Shown piece after piece: positions 38,744-47,819 of a stretch of DNA of 64,000 nucleotides. The stretch's first letter is position 1; the number at the start of each line of letters is the position of its first letter. The translations under genes and the position numbers were made by a program. Below the pieces are notes generated by a model. That model was not told the origin of the DNA. It saw only the letters and a list, made by a program, of their open reading frames with translations, and made no database searches. Source of the stretch: Candidatus Poribacteria bacterium (GTDB lineage: Bacteria > Poribacteria > WGA-4E > GCA-2687025); assembly GCA_963665845.2 (NCBI GenBank), contig OY762492.1, positions 3,744,001 to 3,808,000 of the forward strand, written 5' to 3'.

Positions 38744-38932
38744 CTGATCTCATGCGTAAAGTTGAGACATTTGAACGACCAAAGCCTTTATTCATGGGAA
38801 AAGGCGCCGCTAACCAGACCGTCCCCCGCTTCCGCGAGGGCATGCATTCCCGCGTAAGCGGGAATCTAGAGGCGCCGCAGACGATGTCCGCGTTCATCCG
38901 CCGACATGTCCCAACTAAAAACGTAAGGTCAG
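38744..38932 (+). mobile_element. MITE-like element (189 bp) with imperfect terminal inverted repeats and internal REP
   Basis: ctgatctcatgcgtaaagttgagacat ... atgtcccaactaaaaacgtaaggtcag; other copies in the window. Confidence 0.8.
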
Positions 38933-39005
38933 GCGTGTCGGTTGATTCCGAAGGCGAACGGCGGTAAGATAGGCGCACAATCTGGTCATATCGCTCTGGC
39001 TGCGG

Positions 39006-39941
39006 ATGCGCTTAAGTATGGACAACTCATTTCAGAAACGCTGCATCGTTCTCCATGATGATTGCGCGGCGGCATTGGACAGCGGGGATTTTGGCGCCGG
39101 CGTTGACCTCGCCTTTCTGGACCCGCCTTTCAATCAGGACAAGGCGTACAACGCCTGCGCCGACAACATGCCCCCAGAAAAGTATTGGGCATGGATGCGG
39201 GCTGTCTGCGCAAAAGTTCATGCCTTGACTTCGGACGGCGGCGCGGTCTATTTCATGCAGCGCGAGAAAAATACGGAGTTCGTTTTAAGCGCCTTGCGCG
39301 AGACCGGCTGGACATTTCAAAATCTGATTGTCTGGAAAAAGAAAACCTCCGCGGTTCCAGGGATGAAGCGGTTCGGCAAGCATTATCAGATCATCGCGTT
39401 TGCGACAAAAGGCAAAACGCCGCGCGTGTTTCACCGCCTGCGCATCGACCCGCCTCTGCCTGAAGGCTACAAGCATGCGCGGACGAACGGCGTCTTCGTT
39501 ACGGATGTTTGGGACGATATTCGGGAATTGACCTCCGGTTATTATGCGGGAAACGAGGCGCTGCGCAGCGCCGACGGGGAGCGGCTGCATAAACAGCAAG
39601 CCCCCATTCAGCTGCTTCTTCGGATTATTCTGTCGTCAACGAACCCCGGCGATCTCGTCCTCGACCCGTTCGCCGGTTCAGGAACAACGCTGGTCGTGTC
39701 GGAACAGCTGGGGCGCCGATCGGTTGGCATTGAACTGGACGCGGAGAACGCCGCTCTCATTCAGCGCCGGCTCCATGAACAGAGAGAATCGGATCGCGTC
39801 TCCCGTTTTTTCAAGGATTACGCTTGTACCCCGAACTTGGACGCCATTTGGGGCAAGGGACAACGCGCGCCGTCCGGTTCCGCTCCTTCCGGACAGACGG
39901 CGCTTTTTGAATCAGATCGTTCAGCCGCTTCTTTTAGTTAA
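39006..39941 (+). CDS. orphan beta-class DNA methyltransferase
   Basis: FLDPPFN, HKQQAP, LDPFAGSGTT. Confidence 0.9.
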   Translation: MRLSMDNSFQKRCIVLHDDCAAALDSGDFGAGVDLAFLDPPFNQDKAYNACADNMPPEKYWAWMRAVCAKVHALTSDGGAVYFMQREKNTEFVLSALRETGWTFQNLIVWKKKTSAVPGMKRFGKHYQIIAFATKGKTPRVFHRLRIDPPLPEGYKHARTNGVFVTDVWDDIRELTSGYYAGNEALRSADGERLHKQQAPIQLLLRIILSSTNPGDLVLDPFAGSGTTLVVSEQLGRRSVGIELDAENAALIQRRLHEQRESDRVSRFFKDYACTPNLDAIWGKGQRAPSGSAPSGQTALFESDRSAASFS

Positions 39942-40107
39942 ACAATTCTGACAGCGGGAAGGATGATGCTTTTGATCTTAGACGGTTACGTTTTGAAATG
40001 CGGGGTTGTCTGGGAAAACTCTGGATTCCCGCTTACGCGGGAATGACGGCCGGCGGCGCGGACGCTTTAGGGTTCGCGATCACATGGGCGATTGGAGAGG
40101 CGAAGCG

Positions 40108-40404
40108 ATGAATGTCGAGGAGCGAAATCGGGCGTATTGGCGCAAAAACCTGCAATACCTATGGATACTGCTGGCGGTCTGGTTTGCCGCGTCGTTTCTC
40201 TGCTCGGTGGTGTTTGTTGAGCAGCTGGACAAGATACAGATCGGAGGTTACCGCATCGGTTTTTACATGGCGCAGCAGGGCGCCATCTGGATCTTTGTGG
40301 AGATTATCTTTCTCTACGCATGGCTCATGACCCGCCTTGAAAAGCGGCTTCAGATCGGCAACGGCGGAGAACAGGCAGAGGAACGAGAGGAAGCTGCATC
40401 GTGA
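40108..40404 (+). CDS. DUF4212 small membrane partner of SSS transporter
   Basis: YWRKNL...LLAVWF...GFYMAQQG; overlaps SSS start. Confidence 0.85.
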   Translation: MNVEERNRAYWRKNLQYLWILLAVWFAASFLCSVVFVEQLDKIQIGGYRIGFYMAQQGAIWIFVEIIFLYAWLMTRLEKRLQIGNGGEQAEEREEAAS

Positions 40405-42104
40405 ATGTGCAAGCGTGGACATTTGTCATGGTGGCGCTGTCGTTCGCGCTGTATATCGGCGTGGCGATCTGGTCAAAAGCGCGCTCCACAGGCGATTTCT
40501 ATGTGGCGGGAAGTAACGTACATCCGGTCGTAAACGGCATGGCGACCGCCGCCGACTGGATGAGCGCCGCCTCGTTCATCTCGATGGCGGGCATGATCGC
40601 GGCGCTTGGGCGGGACGGCTCCGTCTACCTGTTAGGCTGGACGGGCGGATATGTGCTTTTAGCGCTGCTTCTGGCGCCGTATCTGCGTAAATTCGGCAAA
40701 TACACGGTGCCCGACTTTGTCGGCGACCGGTACTACTCGCAGCTGGCGCGCGTCGCCGCGGTCGTGTGCGCCATCTTCGTCTCGTTCACCTACGTCGCGG
40801 GACAAATGCGCGGCGTCGGCATCGTCTTCTCCCGTTTTCTGAATGTGAATGTGTCGGTCGGCGTGCTAATCGGAATGGGCATCGTGTTCTTTTACGCGGT
40901 TCTCGGCGGAATGAAAGGCATCACCTACACGCAGGTCGCCCAATACTGCGTTCTGATCTTCGCGTATCTCGTCCCCGCCATCTTCATATCGCTCATGATG
41001 ACCGGCAACCCGATCCCGCAGATGGGCATGGTCGGCAAGGGCGCGGACGGCTCCTATCTCTTGGAGCGGCTGGACGGGTTGAGCGAGGCTCTCGGCTTTC
41101 ACCGCTATACAGGCGATCATATGTCGATGATCAACGTCCTTTGCATCATGGGCGCCTTGATGATCGGAACGGCGGGCTTGCCGCATGTCATCATACGTTT
41201 TTATACGGTGCCGAAGGCGTCCGCGGCGCGCATCTCGGCGGGGTATGCGCTGCTGTTCATCGCCGTTTTATACACGACGGCGCCGGCCGTGGCGATCTTC
41301 GCGCGAACGAACCTGCTGGAAACGGTGCGCTACGATGAGAACGGAGAGCAGCGCGATCTAAAATACGAGGATGCGCCCGAATGGTTTTTGAACTGGGAGA
41401 AAACGGAACTGATCAAATTCAACGACAAGAACGGAGACGGCGCCGTTCAATACCGCGGCGAATTTTCAGAGACGCCAAACGAGCTGGAGGTCAGCAACGA
41501 CATCATGGTGCTGGCAAATCCGGAGATTGCCCAAATGCGGTATAACGTGCCAAACTGGGTTGTCGGGCTGGTGGCGGCGGGAGGTTTGGCGGCGGCGCTG
41601 TCGACGGCGGCGGGGCTTCTGCTTGTCATCTCAACCGCCGTAGCGCATGATCTGCTGAAGGGCTGGGCGAAGCCTGATATGTCGGAGAAGAAGGAGCTGC
41701 TGGCGGCGCGGGTCGCGGCGGGGGCGGCGGTGTGCGTCGCCGGTTATTTTGGAATGAACCCGCCGGGCTTTGTGGCGGAGGTGGTCGCGCTGGCGTTTGG
41801 ACTGGCGGCTTCCTCCTTCTTCCCGGCGATTGTGATGGGCATCTTCTCCAAGCGCATGAACAAACAGGGCGCCGTGAGCGGCATGATCGCCGGCATCGGT
41901 TTCACCGCCGCCTATATCGTCTTTTACAAATATATCCGCCCCGATCTGGACGAAGCGAAGATATGGTTATGGGGCATTTCGCCTGAAGGAATCGGCGTCG
42001 TCGGCATGTGCATCAACTTTGCCGTCTCGGTCGTCGTTTGTAAATTGACGCCGCCTCCGCCTGAAGATGTGCAAAGGATGGTTGATGAGATACGGCTTCC
42101 GTAA
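40401..42104 (+). CDS. sodium:solute symporter, ActP-like (cation/acetate)
   Basis: NGMATAADWMSAASF, LLAPYLRKFGKYT, GGMKGITYTQ, AGLPHV. Confidence 0.92.
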   Translation: MNVQAWTFVMVALSFALYIGVAIWSKARSTGDFYVAGSNVHPVVNGMATAADWMSAASFISMAGMIAALGRDGSVYLLGWTGGYVLLALLLAPYLRKFGKYTVPDFVGDRYYSQLARVAAVVCAIFVSFTYVAGQMRGVGIVFSRFLNVNVSVGVLIGMGIVFFYAVLGGMKGITYTQVAQYCVLIFAYLVPAIFISLMMTGNPIPQMGMVGKGADGSYLLERLDGLSEALGFHRYTGDHMSMINVLCIMGALMIGTAGLPHVIIRFYTVPKASAARISAGYALLFIAVLYTTAPAVAIFARTNLLETVRYDENGEQRDLKYEDAPEWFLNWEKTELIKFNDKNGDGAVQYRGEFSETPNELEVSNDIMVLANPEIAQMRYNVPNWVVGLVAAGGLAAALSTAAGLLLVISTAVAHDLLKGWAKPDMSEKKELLAARVAAGAAVCVAGYFGMNPPGFVAEVVALAFGLAASSFFPAIVMGIFSKRMNKQGAVSGMIAGIGFTAAYIVFYKYIRPDLDEAKIWLWGISPEGIGVVGMCINFAVSVVVCKLTPPPPEDVQRMVDEIRLP

Positions 42105-42903
42105 GTTCGTTGCCGGTTTGCTGCCGGCGCTGCTGTTGGCGTGCGCGGTCGGATGCGGTCCGCTGCGTTCCGCGAATCTGTTGACGACGCAGCAGGAGGT
42201 CGCTCTCGGCGCCGACTTTGACGCGGAGATCATGAAAGATTCCGCCGAGTTGAAGAATCATCCGGCGGTCGGTTATGTGAACGATCTGACGCAGCGGCTC
42301 GCCGTGTACTGTAAGCGTCCAGATTTAACCTACCATGTGAAGGTTCTTATATCGGACGATGTGAACGCCTTTGCGCAGCTGGGCGGCTATCTTTACGTCA
42401 ATACGGGTCTCATTCTGGCGGCGGAATCGGAGGCGGAGCTGGCGGCGGTCATTGCCCATGAGATTGCGCATGTGGTCGGGCGGCACAGCGCTCAAGCGTT
42501 GACCAAGCAGGTCGGCCTCGCGCTGTTGACGGAGGCGGTCTCCGGCGGAAAGGACGCCTCGGACACGCGGAAAATTCTGGGCGGAGGGCTGTATCTTGCA
42601 GGTACCGGTTTTATGTTGAAATACAGCCGCGAAGATGAGATGGAGGCGGACGCGCTTGCCGTTCAAAACCTGTACGACGCGGGGATGGATCCATACGGCA
42701 TGGCGTCGTTTTTGGGTACGTTAGCCCGAATGAGCGGCAGGGAGCCGTCCCGTCTGGAGGTTCTCTTGTCAACGCACCCCGCGACTCAGGAGCGGGTCGA
42801 GAGGGCGCGCGCTCTGGCGGCGCGGCTTCCTCCCATCCAGGCGGGCGGCGGCGACAACCGTTTAAGACAGGTCAAAGCGGCGCTGCGGCGCTCCGTCAGG
42901 TAA
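42085..42903 (+). CDS. M48 family metalloprotease, probable lipoprotein
   Basis: NAFA..GG, AHEIAHV (HExxH), YSREDEMEAD, STHP. Confidence 0.9.
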   Translation: MRYGFRKFVAGLLPALLLACAVGCGPLRSANLLTTQQEVALGADFDAEIMKDSAELKNHPAVGYVNDLTQRLAVYCKRPDLTYHVKVLISDDVNAFAQLGGYLYVNTGLILAAESEAELAAVIAHEIAHVVGRHSAQALTKQVGLALLTEAVSGGKDASDTRKILGGGLYLAGTGFMLKYSREDEMEADALAVQNLYDAGMDPYGMASFLGTLARMSGREPSRLEVLLSTHPATQERVERARALAARLPPIQAGGGDNRLRQVKAALRRSVR

Positions 42904-42940
42904 AATAAATAAGAAGCGGCGCATAACAAGAGGAGGAAAC

Positions 42941-44518
42941 ATGAGCGAGAACAAATTCCCGACCCAAGAAGAGATTCAACGCGATTTCGCCGAATTCATG
43001 AAGCAAAAATACGGCGATCAGGTGCGCATCGGCGTCGAAGTTCAAGGGCAGCGGGAAGTGGAGCCGCCCGAAGAGCAGGACAACCAGGAGCGCATCCGGC
43101 GCATACTGGAATTCGACATGACCCCGCGCGAGGTGAAGGCGTATCTGGACAGGTTCGTTATCGGGCAAGTGGACGCGAAGCGCGCCCTGTCGATTGCGAT
43201 CTGCGACCATTACAACCATGTGCGCCATGCGCATGAACATCCAGAGACGCGCGAGGAGGAGTACTCCAAGCAGAACGTCATCATGGTCGGTCCGACAGGC
43301 GTCGGCAAAACCTATCTGATCAGAACCTTGGCGAAACTGATTGGCGTTCCGTTTGTGAAGGCGGACGCGACGAAGTTCAGCGAAACGGGCTATGTCGGCG
43401 GCAATGTGGAAGACCTGGTGCGCGACCTCGCCACGCAGGCGGGCGGCGACATTGAGCTGGCGCAGTACGGCATCGTCTATCTGGACGAGGTGGACAAGAT
43501 CGCCGCGCCGCGCAACACCATCGGGCGCGATGTGAGCGGCCGCGGCGTTCAAATGAACCTGCTGAAAATGCTAGAGGACGCGGATGTGGAACTCCGCTCG
43601 CCGTTGGACGCCGCGGGACAGATGCAGGCGGTGATGGAATTTCAGCAAAAAGGCAAGGTCGAAAAACCGACCATCAACACGGGATGCATCCTGTTCATTG
43701 TGAGCGGCGCGTTTGTGGATCTGGCGGACATTGTGCGGAAGCGGCTAAACAGGGCGATGATCGGATTCGGCGGAAATGTGGAGCGGGACGAGGACGCCGA
43801 GTTTATCGCCAAAGCGCGCTCGGACGACTTCGTGAAATACGGCTTTGAGCCAGAGTTTATCGGACGCTTGCCGGTGCGCGTCTTCTGTCATCAGCTGTCG
43901 GTCGATCATCTGTATGAGATACTGAACAGCTCGGAAGGTTCCATCATCCGCCAGTATGAGCGGGCGTTTCGGGCGTACGGCATTGAGGCGGTTTTTGAAG
44001 AGGGCGGAATGCGCGCCATCGCGGAGCGTTCCGAGGCGGAGCAAACAGGCGCCCGCGGCTTGATGACCGTCTGCGAGCGGTTGTTTCGGGACTTTAAATT
44101 TGAGCTGCCGGGTTCGAAGGCGTCCATGTTTGTGGCGGACCGCGCCTTTGTTGAAAAGCCGAAGGCGACGCTGGAGCGGCTGTTGAACGACGACGAGTTC
44201 CGTTCCCGGTCGGCGGCGCGATTCGATCTGCGCCGTTTCTCCGATGAGTTCCGCCAAGCAAACGAGATCGATCTGGAGTTTCAAGAGACGGCGATCAACG
44301 CGCTCATTGAACGGGCGGAAGCGGCGGGGCAAGGGGTGTATGAAACGGCGGCGGAGCTGCTGAAAGATTACGCGCATGGACTCGGACTCATACGCCGAAA
44401 CACCGGCAGAACGCGCTTTGAAATGGACGCTCACGTGATCGCGGACGCGGACGCGGCGTTGAGCGAATGGATACGCGCTTCATACGCCCAGAAGCTGATC
44501 CCGACCGATTCCGATTAA
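42941..44518 (+). CDS. ClpX-like AAA+ ATPase lacking zinc-binding domain, with C-terminal extension
   Basis: GPTGVGKT, DATKFSETGYVG, LDEVDKI, RDVSGRGVQ, IGF loop, PEFIGRLP, TGARGL. Confidence 0.85.
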   Translation: MSENKFPTQEEIQRDFAEFMKQKYGDQVRIGVEVQGQREVEPPEEQDNQERIRRILEFDMTPREVKAYLDRFVIGQVDAKRALSIAICDHYNHVRHAHEHPETREEEYSKQNVIMVGPTGVGKTYLIRTLAKLIGVPFVKADATKFSETGYVGGNVEDLVRDLATQAGGDIELAQYGIVYLDEVDKIAAPRNTIGRDVSGRGVQMNLLKMLEDADVELRSPLDAAGQMQAVMEFQQKGKVEKPTINTGCILFIVSGAFVDLADIVRKRLNRAMIGFGGNVERDEDAEFIAKARSDDFVKYGFEPEFIGRLPVRVFCHQLSVDHLYEILNSSEGSIIRQYERAFRAYGIEAVFEEGGMRAIAERSEAEQTGARGLMTVCERLFRDFKFELPGSKASMFVADRAFVEKPKATLERLLNDDEFRSRSAARFDLRRFSDEFRQANEIDLEFQETAINALIERAEAAGQGVYETAAELLKDYAHGLGLIRRNTGRTRFEMDAHVIADADAALSEWIRASYAQKLIPTDSD

Positions 44519-44569
44519 CTAAAACAGGCTGCGTCTTCCCATTCAAAATGCAAAAAAAGGAGCCTCTTC

Positions 44570-46606
44570 ATGATCGTTTTTGGGCGGCATATTGACGGGT
44601 ACCATGACGTCGAGAATCAGATGGCGGAGGATCTGCGCCGACGGGCGGAAGCGCATTTTCGCCGCCAAGAACGGGAGCGCGCGCAGATCGCCACCGCCGC
44701 CGACTTTGAAGCGCGCCGAAGCCGAATTCAGCAGCGTTATCTGGAGGCGCTCGGCGGCCTCCCGACAGAGCGAACGCCGCTGAACGCCCGCATAACAGGA
44801 CTCCTCCAGCGAGACGGCTTCCGTATCGAGAAGCTGATCTATGAAAGCGTCCCGAACTTCTATGTCACCGCGGCGCTGTATGTCCCGGACGGGATAGAGG
44901 CGCCGACGCCGGCGGTCGTCTTCGCGCACGGGCATGCGGACAGCGGCAAGTCGTACCCCGTCTACCAGTCGGTTTGCGTTGATCTCGCCTCCGCCGGCTT
45001 TGTCGTCATGGCGATCGACCCGCTGGGTCAGGGCGAGCGGTTTCAGTATATGGACGCCGCGACGGGCAAACGGCTCATCGCCGGCTGCACAACCGACCAT
45101 ACGCATGCGGGGATGCAGTTCACCGTCGCGGGGGCGAGCATCGCCCGCCATTTTATCTGGGACCTGATGCGCGGGATCGACTATCTTGAGACGCGGGCGG
45201 AAGTGGACGCGGACAAGATCGGAATCACCGGAAATTCAGGCGGAGGGACGCAGTCGTCGCTGCTCATGATGTGCGAGCCGAGGCTGGCTGCCGCCGTCCC
45301 ATGCACCTTTATCATGACGCTGGAATCGTATATGCGGACGGGGCAGGGGCAGGACAGCGAGCAGATTGTGCCGGGATGTTTTGCGCATGGACCCGACCAT
45401 GACGATTACATTACGGCGATGGCGCCGAAGCCTGTTCTGGTCGGCTCCGTCGCATACGACTATTTCCCGATCGAAGGCGCGATGGAGGCGGTCAAGCGGG
45501 CGAAGCGGATGTACGCCCTTTACGGCGCCAGCGACAAGGTCAACATCGCCGTCTCCAACGCGCGGCATGAATACACCCCGAAGCTGCGCCAAGCATGCGT
45601 CAACTGGTTCAAGCGGCATCTGAAGGGCGAGGAGCCTGATTTCAAAACGGGAACGCCCGAAACGCTGCCTGAACAAGATCTGTGGGCAACCTCAAAAGGG
45701 CAGGTTCTGCTGGAGTATCCCGACAGCTTGACGGCGCACCATCTGAACAAGCGGCGCGTTCAGAAAACCCCCCCTCCCCCCTTACAAAGGGGGGCAGGGG
45801 GGTTTGACCGCAAGCCGTTGTCGGCTGAAGAGGCGCGCGCCGCCGTCGTCAGACGCCTCGGCATTGACGGCGACCGTTCCCGCCCGATCTATCCGCGCAT
45901 CATCTATGAAGGGAATAAGGACGGGTTCGGCGTCGAGAAAATCTTTTTCTTTTCAGAACCGAGAATCGCTGTGACGGGCGTTTTCATGCGTCCGCCGGCA
46001 GAGACGGCGCCTGTCCGAACCGACATCGTCCTGTTCGACAAAGGAACAAGCGAGGGGCCGGAACGCGCCGACTGGATCCAAGAGCGGCTGAACGCCGGCG
46101 TTCAGCTGTTTCTGTTCGATGTCCGCGGGACGGGAGCCGTCGCGCAGCGCCACTTCAAACCCGACCGGGAACCGTACACCGCCGCCTACAAGATGGCGTG
46201 CGACGCGATGATGCTCGGCGTCTCGACGACCGGCATGCGCGTTTTGGACGCCCTCCGCGCGTACGACTATCTGAAAACGCGGGCGGATGTGAACGAAATC
46301 GGCATGGTCGGCTTTGAGCGCGGGGCGATCTACGCCTATTTCGCCGCCGCTATTGAAACGGGAATCGCATCCGTTCAGTTGTACGACATGCTCGCCTCGT
46401 ATCAGAACCTTGTCGAGACGCGGTATTACGACAGGACGCGCTACCATCTCGACATCCTGCCGTACGGCGCATTGAGCGCGTTTGATCTTGGAGACCTGCT
46501 GCCCTGCTTTGAGGGGCGAAGCGTTGAGTTGATCAGCCCGCGTACGGCGACCGGCGAACCGATGAGCGATGAGGAGCTGGAGCGTCTCTTTTGGAGCAAG
46601 AAATGA
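44570..46606 (+). CDS. acetylxylan-esterase-like tandem alpha/beta hydrolase
   Basis: GQGER, GITGNSGGG, second degenerate hydrolase domain. Confidence 0.8.
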   Translation: MIVFGRHIDGYHDVENQMAEDLRRRAEAHFRRQERERAQIATAADFEARRSRIQQRYLEALGGLPTERTPLNARITGLLQRDGFRIEKLIYESVPNFYVTAALYVPDGIEAPTPAVVFAHGHADSGKSYPVYQSVCVDLASAGFVVMAIDPLGQGERFQYMDAATGKRLIAGCTTDHTHAGMQFTVAGASIARHFIWDLMRGIDYLETRAEVDADKIGITGNSGGGTQSSLLMMCEPRLAAAVPCTFIMTLESYMRTGQGQDSEQIVPGCFAHGPDHDDYITAMAPKPVLVGSVAYDYFPIEGAMEAVKRAKRMYALYGASDKVNIAVSNARHEYTPKLRQACVNWFKRHLKGEEPDFKTGTPETLPEQDLWATSKGQVLLEYPDSLTAHHLNKRRVQKTPPPPLQRGAGGFDRKPLSAEEARAAVVRRLGIDGDRSRPIYPRIIYEGNKDGFGVEKIFFFSEPRIAVTGVFMRPPAETAPVRTDIVLFDKGTSEGPERADWIQERLNAGVQLFLFDVRGTGAVAQRHFKPDREPYTAAYKMACDAMMLGVSTTGMRVLDALRAYDYLKTRADVNEIGMVGFERGAIYAYFAAAIETGIASVQLYDMLASYQNLVETRYYDRTRYHLDILPYGALSAFDLGDLLPCFEGRSVELISPRTATGEPMSDEELERLFWSKK

Positions 46607-47805
46607 GGCGGGCTGACCCCATGCCTAAAGTTGGGACATTTGAACAAATGATCGCTCTATTTATGGGAAAAAGGCGCCGCCAACCAAGCCGTCATTCCCG
46701 CGTAAGCGGGAATCTAGAGGCGTCGCAGAAACTGTCCGCATTCGCCTGCCGACATGTCTCAACTAAAGACGTAAGGTCAGGATGGGCAATTGCGCTCGCG
46801 TTGATCTTATGCGCGGGAACCGCATGGGGAACTGAACATGCGGCGCCGTTTGCGGAATTCGCGCTGGAGAAGGCGGCGGAAGCGGAGCGTCTCAAAACGG
46901 CCGTTGTGAAGGGGGAGGACGGGTGGCTCTTCTTTGCGCCGGAGCTGCGCAGCCTCGGCGTTGGAGAGTTTTGGGGACAAAAGGCGGCGCAGGTCAGCAA
47001 AACGGCCAACCCCGAATACGCCGACCCGCTCCCCGCCATACTGGACTTCAACCGTCAGCTGAAGGGCGCGTCCATACGTTTAATAATGGTACCCGTTCCC
47101 GCGAAGGCGGCCGTCTATCCCGACAAACTGTCCGCCCAGTTTCCTTTTCATAAAGAAAAAGAGGCGGAACGGTACGACGCCAACGCGGCGCGCTTTTACG
47201 ATCTCCTGCGCGACAACGGCGTCGAAGTTCTCGACCTAACGCCGATATTTTGGAAGGCGCGCCTTGAGGCGACGCCGACCGACCCGCCGCTTTACTGCCT
47301 GCAGGACACGCACTGGTCGGGGCGGGCATGCGAACTGGCGGCGCAGGCTATAGCCGAAGCGGTCGGAGAGCCGAGCTGGTTTGCGCAGATCGAAAAACGC
47401 GCCTATGAAACGACCGAACGCGAAACGATCATCGAAGGCGACCTGTGGAAAATGGCGGGAGACGCCGCGCTGCCCAAAGAGACGCTGCGGCTCCAACATG
47501 CGGACGCGGGCGTCCGGCGGGAAAGCCCCGTTCTGCTCTTGGGCGACAGCCACTGCCTCGTCTTTCATGACGGCGGCGATATGCATGCGAAGGGGGCGGG
47601 GCTGGCGGATCATCTGGCGGCGCGGTTCGGCATCCCGGTCGATCTGCTGGGCGTGCGCGGGTCGGGGGCGACGCCGTCGCGCATCGCGCTCTTTCGACGG
47701 CGCGACAACCTCAAAGGCAAGCGGGTTGTCATATGGTGTTTCAGCGCGCGGGAGTTCACCGAAAGCGCGCAGGGCTGGCGGAAAGTTCCAGTCATTCAAC
47801 CGTAG
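46603..47805 (+). CDS. AlgX/AlgJ-like SGNH O-acetyltransferase with in-frame MITE in its signal peptide
   Basis: GEDGWLF, VPAKAAVYPDKL, DTHWS, LLGDSH; ATG 46603 overlaps upstream stop (ATGA). Confidence 0.8.
   Translation: MRRADPMPKVGTFEQMIALFMGKRRRQPSRHSRVSGNLEASQKLSAFACRHVSTKDVRSGWAIALALILCAGTAWGTEHAAPFAEFALEKAAEAERLKTAVVKGEDGWLFFAPELRSLGVGEFWGQKAAQVSKTANPEYADPLPAILDFNRQLKGASIRLIMVPVPAKAAVYPDKLSAQFPFHKEKEAERYDANAARFYDLLRDNGVEVLDLTPIFWKARLEATPTDPPLYCLQDTHWSGRACELAAQAIAEAVGEPSWFAQIEKRAYETTERETIIEGDLWKMAGDAALPKETLRLQHADAGVRRESPVLLLGDSHCLVFHDGGDMHAKGAGLADHLAARFGIPVDLLGVRGSGATPSRIALFRRRDNLKGKRVVIWCFSAREFTESAQGWRKVPVIQP
46613..46780 (+). mobile_element. MITE copy (168 bp) inserted in frame
   Basis: ctgaccccatgcctaaagttgggacat ... 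atgtctcaactaaagacgtaaggtcag. Confidence 0.82.
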
Positions 47806-47819
47806 AAAGAAAAAGCGAT

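Noticed and set aside
38719-38978. Short ORFs over repeats (also 11908-12247, 54599-55075, 62489-62863, 34327-34722)
   Set aside because: They are translations of MITE/REP DNA, not independent genes.
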